NCBI GenBank assembly: GCA_904063045.1
Contig: CAJFCJ010000096.1
Location: forward strand, 2,195 to 66,194
Length of the DNA stretch: 64,000 bases
Reading direction: 5' to 3'
Source of the DNA: Dimorphilus gyrociliatus
Lineage: Eukaryota > Animalia > Annelida
Below are positions 21,509 through 35,350 of the stretch, one piece after another. The notes under the pieces were generated by a model. That model worked only from the letters and a program-made list of their open reading frames with translations. It searched no databases and was not told where the DNA came from. A program made the translations under genes and the position numbers. How positions within the stretch are numbered: the stretch's first letter is position 1; every line of letters begins with the position of its first letter.

Positions 21509-23080
21509 GTACTACTCCAACAATAGCGATAATAATAGTAAGAGATAAATGAGTGAATGCAATAATTACCCACTTCTTGACATTCATACGCTGCCTTCGG
21601 AATAAGACTATTTGTTTTGTTTGACCAGTAGTACGGTCATTAAAACTAGAATCTAGTTGTAAAAACTAATATCCTTTAAGAAACATTATCAAAAAAATGC
21701 TCTTTTTTTATGAGATCTAGTTTTAGTAATTATACCTGGAAAAAAGGGGTTAGTTAAAAATTCTTTAGACGAAATAATGGTGTTTTGTTGATTAATTTCT
21801 ACTGAAAATACATTTATTGAGACTATTTGAGGACGAACTTAGAAGGTTCTATTTGTTTGAGTACTTTGGTGAATTGGTAAATGATTGAAAGGACAATTAC
21901 TGTTCTGAAGAACCAGCAATTCCTACAATTACAATACAACAAAATATAGATATCTGTTATGTTTCTTCCGTTGTATTAGATGCTATTTCTACAGACAAAT
22001 TGGCATTTTCTAGGTGTGTAGATGTATCTACTAAAGGTTCTACCTTTTAATAGATAAGTTAAAAAGAGTCATAAGTGTGGTCTAGAGGTTCTGGTCATTG
22101 TTTCAAGACAAGGTTCACTTTTTGAAAAGGCACTTGATTCCAAGACATTTTGCTCCTCTTGTGTATATGATTTTTTTGAGTTTATAGAAATTGATTAAAT
22201 CTAATTATAAATATTAAAAATGAATATTTATGATGATTATTGAGACAAATTGTTGACACTAAATGACAAAAAATTTGATGTCAATTTATACTTGATATAA
22301 ACATTTTTATAATATTTTTCCAATATTTGCTTTATAGAATTGTTTTGTTTGCATAATAATTAGCCTCGACATATATTTTCAGATACAGATTAGTTTCAAT
22401 CTCTCTCTTTCTTCAGAGTACTTTGTACTTTGTTGTATTGTAATTGTGGGAATTTCTGCTTCTTCAGAACAGTCTTAATAAATGTAATTTTGGTAGAAAT
22501 TAATTAACAAAATACCAATATCTCGTCCATAGAATATGTATTGAGTAAATCAGTTTCTACTTCCTAAACAACTAAGCTGATAGTTAGAGAACTGAACTGA
22601 CAAGCTTGCGAAATGCATTTCCTTTTATACATTTACCAAAGCTCGGGTTCAAGTCGTCAAAAGCTTACTTAAATGAAATGTGACAGTCTCACAATTCAAA
22701 TATAACAAAAACATGAAAGACTGATATATCACATATCTAAAATATAATCTTCAGATTAGAGCAACATGGACACTACAAAACAAGCCTGCCTCTTCAGTAT
22801 CTGGTATTGAATAAGATTTGACAACTTTGACATGCATCTTTTCCATGTTCTTTGTTCCTTTGATAATTTCAATTCCAATAGTAAGTATTTAGTGTTTTAG
22901 ATAATATATAAAAAAGATTATCAGTACAACTGAAACTGGATAGATTGTAACAGCTAAGATTACGGTCATTACCCATGTTTCAAATAGGAAATACCGTTAT
23001 CCTTTAGTCGTTAATTAAACATTTGATCACAATGGTATAAAAACAAGAGAAAAGAGAACAAAATATATTTTCCATTGATA

Positions 23081-23973
23081 ATGAATTATCTGGAAACATT
23101 TCATATTCAATTAGTTCTATTCTTTATTTTATTTATTCATTATGTAACTGTAAAAGAAGAATATGCGGATGATGGATGGGATAAATTCACTGATGAATTG
23201 GAAATGCAACATTTAAAAGTGAATATAAGCCATTCAACAAATAATTACGACTATGGCAATCTATATGTCACCTATTCAAATGGTGTTGATCAAATAGATA
23301 TTGCCTATAGGCCATTAAGCATGAATATTACAAATATCATTTGTTCATCATTACAATATGACTCATTCGTATCGTTCTCAACAAGTGATTGGAAGAGGGA
23401 ACCCGACACTTGTCTAGAGATAGTCACTGATGCAAATGTATTGAAATTGTGAATATTTCCTCTTTGAAGTGAACAAAATGTTGAATAAAAACCTTACTAA
23501 GCATTTTTTTTTATTTCTTTCAAAAGCACAAACTCTACATCAAAAGGTTGCAAATCAGGATTATTTATGTTAAAATGTTTTAAATTGAATTCAAATTGTT
23601 TGTATTTTTAATAATTCAATCAACTTGAACAAAAATGTTGTTTTTGATATATTTCAGATTTTTTTACAATAAGAAATTCTTTATTAAACTACTTTTTGTA
23701 TTATAAATTAAATGGCGAAATTTATAAAATTGGAGTGTTAAAGTCGCTATTTTTGAAAAGAAAATACTGTAGACAAAGTGTATATAATTTAAAAGAAAAA
23801 AATTCTCTTCAATATTTTATTAATAAAATAAACAAAAATTTTAAATTAATACCAAAACAAATTGATAAAAATGAAATGATAAAATTGGATTCGAATTCTA
23901 CATCACACCAAATATGTGTTTATGAAGATTTGAATGGTTTGGATAGTCTTTTTTTAATTTGAATTTTATGTTT

Positions 23974-24008
<35 letters not shown>

Positions 24009-27000
24009 CCTTTCAGATTTAAGCATCATAAACAATAGTAACAAATTTGAATATAGCAGCATGGTGTTTAAAACAAAATCATTGGAAGAATTTCCTTTAT
24101 TATTCAATTCTAATATATCTGTGAGAATAGCTTGTCAATTCCTTCGCGAGGTAATATTAAAGGGGAAACTTGTTACAGAATGTAGTAGAAGAATTTATCT
24201 AAAGGTGAAAACAGGCTATTATATATTCTCTCTCTCTTTTTCAATGATTGATCAATTGATCTATAGAAAAGTCAACAATTAATATCTGGCTGTCGTGAAT
24301 GGAAAAATGAAATTGTAGATTGTATCTATGACAATGATAAAAAGGCCTACAAATATTTTGTAGATTACAAATTGAACTCGTCGAAAAACGAAATTTTTGT
24401 TATATTCAATTCAGTTGAGTCGATTGACTGGATACCAAAAATTTTAAATTCAACTAAAACATACAATTTAATAACTGCCACGGCTAAAGATCCTATTGAT
24501 TTAGATATATTTTATAAAATAGAATATATATACCATTACGCAATGTCAATTTATACGAATGCATTTTGCAACTATTTCGGTTATGATAATAAACATTCAA
24601 TAGCAACTTTTGGAACGAAACGTGTTCTTAGATATTTTTCAACTGTCAGAATAGAGTTTGACGATGATCAACAATTTGAAATGTATTCATTTAATTGTAA
24701 AACAATCATTATTCATTCACATTCTATTTTTTATTCTTTTCCACTCAGAATACTCAATAAAAACAAAACATACTTTTTTCGAGAATTAATATTTAAATGT
24801 TTTAAAAAAGAAACATTATGTAACAAACAGAAACCAATAGTTTAAATACTTAATTTTTCATACTTTTTTTCTATAGACATTTACTCAGTTAAAATCAGTT
24901 TTAATATTTATCAATTGAATTTGAGAAAGAATGGAATTTCGTACGAATTGCATAATTTACAAAATTCTAGTAAAGATTTATGTAAACTTTCTGAATTTTT
25001 TACCTTGAATAATCAGAACAAAACTGGTAGTAGGAGACGTCAATACGTACATTTTACAGATGATTTACTAATTTTATTGCCAATGAACAACAGTCTATTA
25101 AAAAGACGTGTTAATTGTACATTTCTAGAATTTAAAGGTTAAAACTTAAACTGTTAGAAATTATCTAAACTTAAAATGATATAAATTAACAGATTTTCAA
25201 TTAAAAAAATTAAAAAGAAAAATAGGATCACGTTTTCATTTGAGTTATACACAGTCCCAAAATCTGGAAAAAAATTATTTTATCGACTCGAAAACATTTG
25301 GAAAATTTTTGTTTTCTATTGAAACTGTTTCAATTGCTTTTTTAAGATTATTATGCTCAAATTTCAATTTAAAATATACCGGATATAGTTTAATGTCGCC
25401 AAAGAATACTAGTAATGTATAACATTTTGAAAAAATCAATGAATAGAATGCTAAAGCACTAACAAAAATCAAAAAAAAAAGGTTTATCCAGCATTTTCCT
25501 GCCAGAACGATTTAAACTGCGAAATATCTTTGAAACGTCTAAATGAAAGCAAATTTTTAAGTTTAAAATGCGAAAAATATAGTAAGACACAAATTTTTCA
25601 TTTTACATATAAATTATGAATTAAATTTTGGAATTTTGCCAATATTTTCTTTAAAACAAGTATTTAGAATAGCTACTAAAGAAATTGGTGTTATTTATCC
25701 ATATACAAAGCACAATTTAACAAAAATTATTGGAAATGTAACAACATTACAAAATGATAAATGGTTAATTTCAGAGTATCTTGAATATTCTGCCCAAAGA
25801 AAAATCTGTTTAGATTTTGGATTTAACACTTCAACATCTTCTATTTTCTCATATGGTAAATGGAGAAAACCTTCATCTAAAAGTGTCAAATGTGAAGAGA
25901 GTTTTGATTCTCAATCCTGCACATTCCCATATCATTCATGGACTGATCTTAAAAGAATATTTTGGAATGATTATGAATATTTTCAAACTGATATTCAATG
26001 CTCGAATGATTATATTGAAAAATGTCCTAATGATACTTTTATATCAATTAATGATGTTTGTTACTCAACTCGAAGTCCTGACTATACTGGTCCGCTACAT
26101 CGTCAAACTAACTTGTGCCACCATGACAATTCTATATTATCAGATTTAAATGTTTTCGATCCAACTATTGCCAGTTTTTTTCAACATGTATATAAAGAAA
26201 AAAAAATCACGAAAGCTTTTTGTAAGTAGAATAGAAAAAGAATAAAAAAAAACACCAAAAATAAAAATTGCCTTATCATTTCTTTTCATATTTAGTTATT
26301 AAAGAATTAAAAAACGCCAAAAATCAATCAATATTTACAAGCTCAAGTAAATTTTCATTCAACCTTCCATATAATTTCAAAAATACAAATTTTAAATTTC
26401 AAAATTTTCAAAAACGACTCCACAATAAAAAAAGACAAAATGAATATAAACTTTTATTTGTTCTCAATGTTTTTATATTTTTTTTAAATTCAAATTAAAA
26501 AAAAAACAATTCAAATTATTTATCATTTTCAGGACGGTTATTCTTTACGTAACGAATTTATAGTACCTTTTAATTTTATTTTCATTTGCCAAACTTTTCC
26601 AAGTAAAAAAATAACTATTAACTTCTTTATTGAGTTGTGTCATATTTATTTTTGTTTGATTAAACAGAAAGACGGAACTCTTATTCGACTATACGAATTG
26701 ATATCATTAACAATGATACATGTCACAATTGTTATGTTTGTCAAGGTCATGAGTATCTGATTAATTTAGCATTCCTTTGCGATGGTAAAATTGATTGTTT
26801 GGCAGGAGACGATGAGAAGTTTTGTTTGAATTCAATTTATAAAAAATTTCAATGCCATACGGGTAATCAGCAAGTTTCTTCCATCGTTGTTTGTAATCAT
26901 ATCAACGACTGTTCGGATTCATCTGACGAAGAGAATTGCAGTAGTGTCACTCAATTTGTTTTAAATTTTAAATAATCAAACAACAGACAAAACATTTACC

Positions 27001-29940
27001 TTCATCATTTCAGAATGGAATGAATGCGGAATGAATGAAAAATTTTGTCAAGATGGCAAACAATGTTTAAAAAATGAAATGTTTTTAAATAACGAACGAA
27101 ACTGCTTTGATCAAAGCGACGAATTACTTTTGTATCAAAAAATTGACAAAAGCTTTCATTTTCAAGGTAGAATTTTCAATTTTTGTACAAAAATTCAAAC
27201 ATCAATCAATTTAATTCTTTTTGAAGAATGTAGAAAAAATTTTCAAATTCAATGTGATGGCACTTGTTTACCTTTGTTTTTTGCAAATGACAACAAAATT
27301 GATTGCAAAAGTAAAATTGATGAAAAAATTCAAATAAATTCTTCACAACCTGTAAGTTGTAATATCATCTTCACAAGTCTCGACGAATGTTCAGTAAAAA
27401 TTTGTGGTGTTGAGGGTTCTTCTCCAATTCACACCAATGCATACTTTACTAAGGATGTGGTAGAAAACGGCCATAAATCTATGGTTTTACCCTAACCCTA
27501 ACCCAGCCCTTGTTTTTGCCTAACCTTTTTGAATAGCCCTAACCCTTAGATGGGACTCTCCTAAGAACATATCAACAGTTATCTTATTCCTCCTAACCAT
27601 TTCCCAGGCGGAAATCTAACTTTCAAATATTTCATTTATGGCCGTTTTCCACCGGTCCCCTTTACTAACTATGTTAACTGTTATAAAAAACAAAAAAAAA
27701 TTTTTCTTTTTTCCAGAAATGCAGTTTTCAAACAAATTCAATTGGATATCCAATTACTGATCTTTTTTTAAACATGCAAGATTGTTTGAATGTCCAATGC
27801 AGTAGTGGATTTTATCAATGCCATCGTCAACAATATTGCATTTCAGTTCAGAATATTTGTGACGGTATTAACCATTGTCCCCTTGGAGACGACGAACTTG
27901 ACTGTAAAGGTAAGAATTAGATACAAAAACACGAAAACAACTATAATTTTTATCTTCTTCTTCAAACTGACTGATTTTGCAGAGAATTTCTATTTGAGAG
28001 GCCAATTCAAGTGTCGTACGGAAGGAACATTCATTTCAACATCAAAGATTTGTGACGGTATCATTGATTGCCTGGGTGGATATGATGAAATTTTGTGTGC
28101 ACTACCAAGAATATCTTTTCCGAATTGTGAACAAATTCAAACATTTACATTATTGTGTAACTTCCGGTTAGGAAACAATGAAAATTCAAAGAGTAGCATT
28201 GAAAAAAACGAATTTTTAAAAACAATAATTATTGATGGAAAATCGGAAAATGAGGATATTTTGACAAGAAATTCGACGGAATTGACGAGTTTAACAATTG
28301 AAAACAATTCAAATCATTTTCTATATTCAAGAAAATCTTTTCCAAATTTGATTTATTTATGTTTAGTGAATAATGAAATTGATGAAAAATCTCATATCTT
28401 TCATCATAAATTCAATATTCTACAATCTTTGAATATTTCATCAAATCCTATTCGATCATTGTCTTCCCTGAAGAGATTGAATGCTACACTTCTACTTCAT
28501 CTCAACATTTCCCTAACTAGAATTCAAGTGATAAACAATCCAGATTTTAAATTCAATTCTAAAATACAAACTCTCATTATGATTGGTTGTCATTTAATCA
28601 AAATTGAAAAGTTTGCCTTCAGTCATCTTCTTCAATTGAAATCTTTAAATTTAAAAAAAACAGTATTTTCTGAAAAATTAATTCAACAGTTGAATTTAAA
28701 AACGTTGAAAAATGTTAGAAAAGTATATTCCAATAGTTTTTCGTTATGTTGTGTTTTATGGCAAAATATTGGATTTGATATTGATTGTTTGCCATCTGTT
28801 TCAAATTTTTTAATTTGTTCAAACATTTTGAATATAAAGGTTGAAAAATATTTATTATTTATAATTGGTGGATTTTGTTGTTTTTTAAATTTATTTTTAA
28901 TAATTCATACATTAATTGTAAGAGGGAAATCAGTACATTTTAAAAGTCTTGTATATTTCAGTAATTTTGGTGTGTCATCATATATTTTATGTACAGCAAT
29001 AATAAATTCAAGTTTTGGTAATAATTTTAAAGAAATAAGCCTAAATTGGAGATTGAGTTTTTCATGTCAAAGTCTTGGTGTTTTATTAACATTTTCATTA
29101 GTTTTACATATGATTTCCCTGAGCCTATTGGCTTTGGAAAGACATCAGGTTGTAGTCAATCCAATGAACGAGACAATATTGGTAAAATATCGAAAGATAT
29201 GGACAATCCTCACTATAGGAATAGGATTATTCCTATCATTAGTACCGTTGCTGATAGATAAGGTGGAATGTTTGAAAATATAGGCCTAGTTGAAAAAAAA
29301 ATCTTTTTTCACATTTTAATTCTCTTCTCGTTTTTTTATATTGAAATGATATAGGAATTTCATGGAAAGACGCCATTTTGTTTTAATTTCTACTTTGGAA
29401 AGTATGTTAAAAACGATTGGATATACATTTTAGTCATATTTCAAATAAGTTTTCCAATAATCAATGGATTCTGTGTTTTTCTCGACGTTCATATCATTTT
29501 TGTGATTATCTTATCGCAAAAGTTTTTTTCTAATACAAAAGTAAAGAAAACTGGTATAAAGTTTACTAATTTTCTTGTTAGCCTGTCAAATTTTGCTATT
29601 TGGTTTTTAATTTTGATATTAGGTTTTGGTCAAGTATTGCAAAAGAAATTTTTGATATATTCTAATTCTTTTCAGGTATTACTTCATTAAGTAAAAATAA
29701 CAATTTATCATTTAAGTTGTTAAAGCGGATAGTGCTCTTTATTTTACCTTTAAATTCCATTATTCAACCAATTTGCTTTTCTATTGGTATAATTTTCGAA
29801 AAAATGAAATCAAAGAAAATAAAAGTGTTGAGAGAAAGGTAAATTGTTTTTGTCAATTTCTAATCCAATTTCGATTAAAACATTTCAGGAAGAATCTCAT
29901 CGAAAGATCATATGAAACAACTTCGATAGAATGTAAATAG
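23081..29940 (+). CDS. GRL101-like LDLa-LRR GPCR A with SRCR-like and C-type-lectin-like ectodomain, multi-exon
   Basis: Signal peptide; NITNIICSSLQYD-type repeats; CPNDTFISINDVCY; several LDLa repeats (CDGIIDCLGGYDE); LRRs; 7TM with CQSLG, ERH and ILPLNSIIQP. Last exon ends at TAG 29938-29940. Confidence 0.85.
23968..24001. repeat. (CT)n microsatellite
   Basis: Direct reading of the sequence. Confidence 0.9.
27453..27659 (-). mobile_element. MITE copy 2 (207 bp), in an intron of GPCR A
   Basis: 9-bp TSD ctttactaa (27444-27452 and 27660-27668). Reverse complement of copies 1 and 3. Confidence 0.93.
27789..28686. repeat. 898-bp inverted duplicate, apparently identical to 37918-38815
   Basis: ORFs 27790 and 38814 have identical translations for about 299 codons. 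The included intron and the boundaries were checked by eye and match. Confidence 0.93.
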
Positions 29941-31929
29941 TTAAACAATTTTTAAACTCATTTGATATCATGAGATTTTCTTTTTCTTTTCTTTAGTTGC
30001 AAACTTTTACAACACTTATAAAGAATACGGTCTAAGATTTAAATTTTATGGCAAGAAAACTACTATTTCCGATTTAGGGGATACATTTTTTATAGTAGAT
30101 TACAGATATTATCGTTGTATAAAAAGTATATTTTTTGGATTAAAGAAACTACATGATTTGGAGATTTCAATATATTTATCAGAGGGAAATGTAATATATG
30201 ATGTAAAGAAATTTTTTTCTCTTCTTTATCCTCTTCTTTTAATGTCTCCATTTTTTTAAATAGAAAATGACTGACAGATTTCTTATTTATATGAAAAATA
30301 TAAAATTTGCTAAGGAGGGCAAAATGGAAGAGAATATCTTCAAGGCTGGTATAATAGTGGGTAATATCCTTGAAAAATGCTATAAACTCTTAGAATAATA
30401 GTCTTTTTTCCTCTTGTCTCTTTTCTTTATAAATACAAAAAAGAATTTAATGGAGTTATAAAGTGTAAATGTGAAGTAAATAATTCTGACAGTAAATTAA
30501 TATTATCATTTTTAGAAGAATTGAGCAATCTTAAAAAAAAAACCCACAATAAATTGCCAAGGGATATTCTCTTAGGGTGGAGAAATTGGATAGGGGATAG
30601 GCAAACCAAAAATATCATTAGAAACATGTATAGGCCAATATAAAACTATAATATTCATATTTCCAGCAATAACAATAGTGAGTTGTTTTATCTGAAGATA
30701 ATGATTTTGATATAAGCAAGTGTCAATCGATTTTGCTTTTTCACTTAAATGAATCATCAGACATAGTTTACTATATTGATTATAGATTATGAGTACTATT
30801 CTGAGCTGTGTAGTGTTAAATTCAAAAAGGCTTATACAGTCACGATAATAAGTAATTAGTACAAGGAAAAAAGGTTTTATAATGTGATTATTTGGTGTTA
30901 TATAACTTTCATTTGCGTATCATCATATTAAATCTATACATGAAGTCTTGGTCGAAAAACTGTAAAAGTTGATTAACGTTCCATTGGTGTCTTGACCTAT
31001 TTTAAAAAATAGTTTTATTTGAATGTTTAAACTATGAAAATAATCAACTTTCATTTGAACTGTTCAAGATTTCCTTTTGATGTGTCTTTGAGCAAATTTG
31101 ACTTAGCCATTTCTGTGAAGACTGGGGAATTAGTAAGATTATCTCTGCCATTTAGACTTGACAGCACTCTTTGACAATCTGTAATAAAAATAACACATAT
31201 GTAAGCTTTTCAGTTTATCCAACAATAAATTTCATCATTAAATGAGTTCATAAGCTCATTAAAAAAAATTGAAAATAAACAGTGGAAAAACATGAGAAAT
31301 GTTCTTTATAAGCAAATTAAATGAAAACTGGTTTAAATTACTAAATACCTGAAATTTAAAAACAATTAACTTCATATACAATTATTATTTTTGTTACTGT
31401 AACCAGTCTTTTTGATGTAAAACAAGGTGATTTTTGTATGGCAATTTCATCAAAGACTTTCATATTCTCAAGGTATTTATTTAAAAAAAAGTAAGTTGTT
31501 TACTTGTGGCCATTGTGTCATATCCACTTTCTAATTTTTCATCAGGTGATGGCTCCTTACTGTTAAATATGTGAATATAGAATATTCGGAAGAAAATTCA
31601 CAAGGAAATGCTTATTCTGCTCTCATCAATTTAATTTTCATAAAAAACTGCATTTCAAGTAATATTCACATTTGTTATTTTATCACTCATATTTATTTCT
31701 ATATATTTGCAGTGTCTGATGTATATTTATGTTTCACTTGCACTGATATCTCCAGAAAGAATTGCTTTGTCTCATTAACTGGAGAAAAAAATGCAAATAG
31801 ATGAAATTGTAGAGAACAAACAAGAATTATCTGATCATAGAAATAATGGAAATCATTCAACAAATGTCTCTCAAGATGATTTAATGGAAAACTCTTTTGA
31901 TAACTCAAATATTCAAGAAAAAATGAAAT

Positions 31930-32300
31930 TGACCCAAATTTCAATTTGGAAAGCACTTCTGTCTGTTTACCTTGATGCAAATATCAGAGGTTGTTGCTTT
32001 CATTGGATTCAAGCAGTCTATAGGGAAATACAAGAACTATGATATAGTTTTCTTTATAAGAAGAAAGAAGAGGAGTATCTGATAATGAAGAAACTACTAG
32101 CATTACCATCCCTAAAAACTGCTACCTTTGATATTCTCAGAAACACAGCATCTGAGAAAAAATTCCTTGGCAACCTAATTGACTATGTGGATAAGCAATG
32201 GATTTCTGGAGATTTCTTTGTTCCCAGTACGCGGTCAGACTACCTAAAAACAATTAGGATTAACAATGACTTGGAATGTTGACATAATAGGTTGAATAGA
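31930..32300 (+). mobile_element. MULE transposase remnant
   Basis: DANIRGCCFHWIQAVYREIQ and DYVDKQWI...RINNDLEC(W)HNRLN are the MULE C-x2-H and RTNN..EG.H motifs. Contains stops and frameshifts. Confidence 0.8.
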
Positions 32301-32460
32301 AATGTCCTGGCCTGTCTTCATCAAGTATATTTATTCTTCCTCTTTTACATTCCCTAATCCACTTTCTTACTGAACCTTTGTTAAGTTTTATACAACCAAA
32401 AAAAGCTTTCAATTGCTTTTGAATACTGATTGTAATAACTTGTGATACAAGAAATTGAAT
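32300..32460 (-). mobile_element. mariner HTH remnant abutting the MULE remnant
   Basis: QLKAFFG...KGSVRKWIRECKRGRINILDEDRPG. Confidence 0.78.
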
Positions 32461-33212
32461 AATTACTCTCTCCTTTATACTGTCATCCATACAGTGACAC
32501 AATTTAAGTCTCAATAACTTTTAATTAAGGGCTTGTAAGTTGAGAAGGTTTTTAGTGACAGTGCATTAGTCAATTCGCTTTCTATTAATGATAAAAATAT
32601 AGGCCTACAGTGTATCGTTTTAAAAATACTGTAATGTGGCGAGAATTTTTTGGGTGAATTTTTTTTCCTATCTTATCATTCAATCCAATGTTTTTGTAAA
32701 GTTTCCTCAACAGCTGAACAATAGGAAGAAGAACTTTCTGCAAGTGGCATATACACCCTTTCAACCAAACGTGATAGACAAGATAATTATAGTTATATTT
32801 GATGTTGAGGCCATTGATAGAAATTTCCCAAACAGAATTGACACAAAACAATTTTCAGTGGGAATATACCATAATAGCAATAGTTTTTGAATTAAAGTTT
32901 CAAATAGTAAAATCATAAATTCCCTTCTCATTTTAGCTTTAAATATCTTTCTATCCATATCATACTTCACATTTGCTGACAGGATACTTCTCAAGATTGG
33001 TATTTTATAATTTTTTTGGTCATCAAGCTTGACTGCATGTAGGTTCAATTTTTATATTTTTCCTCTTTTCTCCTCTTCTTTCATTCTTTTTAACAGACTG
33101 TCCCTAAAAGATATCAGTTTACAAGTTATGCCTGACAATTCTAAAACAAATAGCACAATGTTTGTAATATTTGAATATCAAAAGATAGTTTAAAAAACAA
33201 AATTTTTTAAAC

Positions 33213-33982
33213 AGATGCTAGTTATTACTTTGTTATAGCGGATGAGAATAAAAACTTAATTAGAACATTAGCATTGGATACTGAATGTTCATTAAATATT
33301 TATAAGGCAAGTTCTACACTGCAATTAATAGCAGTACCTACAAATGCTTTTGGAGATCCCCATTTTTCACAGGTGATGTTTTTACAACAAAAGTTGATAA
33401 GCCTATTTGTGATGATGTGACTGGAAAACCTGGTCAGACTATCTATATATTTTCCACTGACAATGGAGAAATCAAAATTCTTGGTAAATTGCTTGATGAC
33501 TATTACATGCATTCCATTTGGGTAAATACTCCAAATGGAACTCTGATTAAAGATACAAGTGGTTTCTATTACAAAGATCAAGTGCTGTCAGTATGGATGG
33601 TAAAAGGAAATGAGAAGCTTCAACTGAATATTTTCAAATCCATTTAAGCAAACATTTCATGAAATTTGAATTTTTAACAAAAAATTCATTCACAGCCTAG
33701 ATCCATAAAAGTTTGAATATGTTTAATAACGAACATGTCAATATAAACATCCAGAACAATAATAGAGGTATTTCATCAGCTTTTGGTGGACTAATTGGTA
33801 ATTTTGGAAATGAAAAATTTCAATTTCTATCAGCTATTCAAGACAATGAAAAGAAATTTTTATTAATCAATGGAAATTTGACAAGTGGAAGAAAACCGAA
33901 GAGACAAACTTTTAATAAATGTTTATTATTAAATGTTTTAGATTTAATTTACCCAGATTCTTACACTAAATATGTCTTTTGA
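33213..33982 (+). CDS. Inter-alpha-trypsin-inhibitor heavy-chain C-terminal-like domain, with one homopolymer frameshift
   Basis: AFGDPHF, then after a 1-nt shift at about 33380 KPICDDVTGKPG, then GISSAFGGLIGNF and KCLLL...DLI...Y..YV, which resemble ITIH C-terminal motifs. Confidence 0.55.
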
Positions 33983-35113
33983 AATGTAATTCTTTTCAAA
34001 TAAAATTTTAACATACATTTTTGTCTTTATATACTTGGAAAGTATCAATAGTATTAACTAGGTCATTTTAAAATTACAGCAAAACATCTGTAATATTGAG
34101 ACTTACCTAATATATTGATTACTATAAGATTTTGCATCAGGGCATTTGCATTCCGACTTTTAGCTGAACCCCAATCAAGTGCCTTCTCACATTCCAGGAT
34201 ATTTTGATGAATGGACAGTCTTTCTTGAACATTTATGTATTTAGTCTTTCTTATTAAAATATGTCATACCTTTTTAAAAATTAATATTTATTAGAAATAT
34301 TAATAATTGATAATGTGACAAACATAAGCAAATATTTGAAACATTTAAATCCAACTAATCAATCTAAGAGATTATCTAGATTGGTTTTTCTTTTTTCAAA
34401 CTGAAGTGTATTTCAAAGATTCTAATTGAGGTAAGTCTTTAAACATGGTTTTCTAAATTTCATCTTCAACCAATCTCTCTTCAGACTTCTCAGAAGCTTC
34501 TAAAGTTTATTTTAAATTGAGTGTTGTTTTTATAGCCTGCTTCAGATTCCTTCCTTCATTAGAAAGGGAAAGTTTGTTTATGCAACAAACTTTGAACCCT
34601 TTTGTAAAACATATGATGGGTATATTTGTTTTTGTGGCTTTTGTGTGCATATCAAAGTTGTTGAGGTGCTAATAATCTTTCAAATTCAATATGAAATTTT
34701 TCATATTTTTTCTTTTATTGCAATAAAAGATCGTATAATTTTATGCTTCCTTTTTTATAATTTAAAAATTATTGTCAAAAATATCAGAGAAACTCAATTT
34801 TTTTTGGTTTGATCTAAAGATATTTTGTGACATATGTTTACTGTTTTTACTTGGTCAATACTTAAATCATCAACAATAGAAGAGTCAGTGACATTATTTT
34901 CAAAGTCAAATAATAATCCTAACTGCAAAAATTCAAGAAAAGGATGATTTTTTTTATCTTATCCATAGAATTGTGCTCTTTGTAATGAACAGCATGGTAT
35001 TCTAGTTTATCATACCTGTGTTCCTCAACATTTAATACCTGATCAAATAATGTGAGGCCCCTGTCCAAGCTATTGTCTACAATGCCAACAAGCAGATGGA
35101 AAGATGATTTGTT

Positions 35114-35350
35114 TTGCAAGTTATTGCAATTGATATTCATAGGCAACTGAAAGCTTTTTTTGGTAAAATAATATTTGATGAAAGTTCAGTAAGGAGGTGG
35201 GTTAGAGGATTTAAAAGAGGAAGAACAAATATATTTGATGATGATAGGCAGGGACACCCAAGAACAACCAGTAACAATGAAAATAACGAGAAAGTTATGA
35301 CACTAATCACACATAATGGGGGAATAAGCAAGCCAGGCTTAGACATCTGA
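35114..35350 (+). mobile_element. mariner HTH remnant
   Basis: IHRQLKAFFGKIIFDESSVRRWVRGFKRGRTNIFDDDRQGHPRT. Confidence 0.82.

Noticed and set aside
27790-27985. N-terminus MSNAVVDF... of ORFs 27790 and 38814 as a real protein start
   Set aside because: It is an off-frame reading of an LDLa exon (QCSSGFYQCHRQQYC...) plus read-through of a GT-AG intron. The true frame joins at about 27983.
30000-31560. Short ORFs between GPCR A and the MULE remnant
   Set aside because: No recognisable protein motif; likely decayed repeats.
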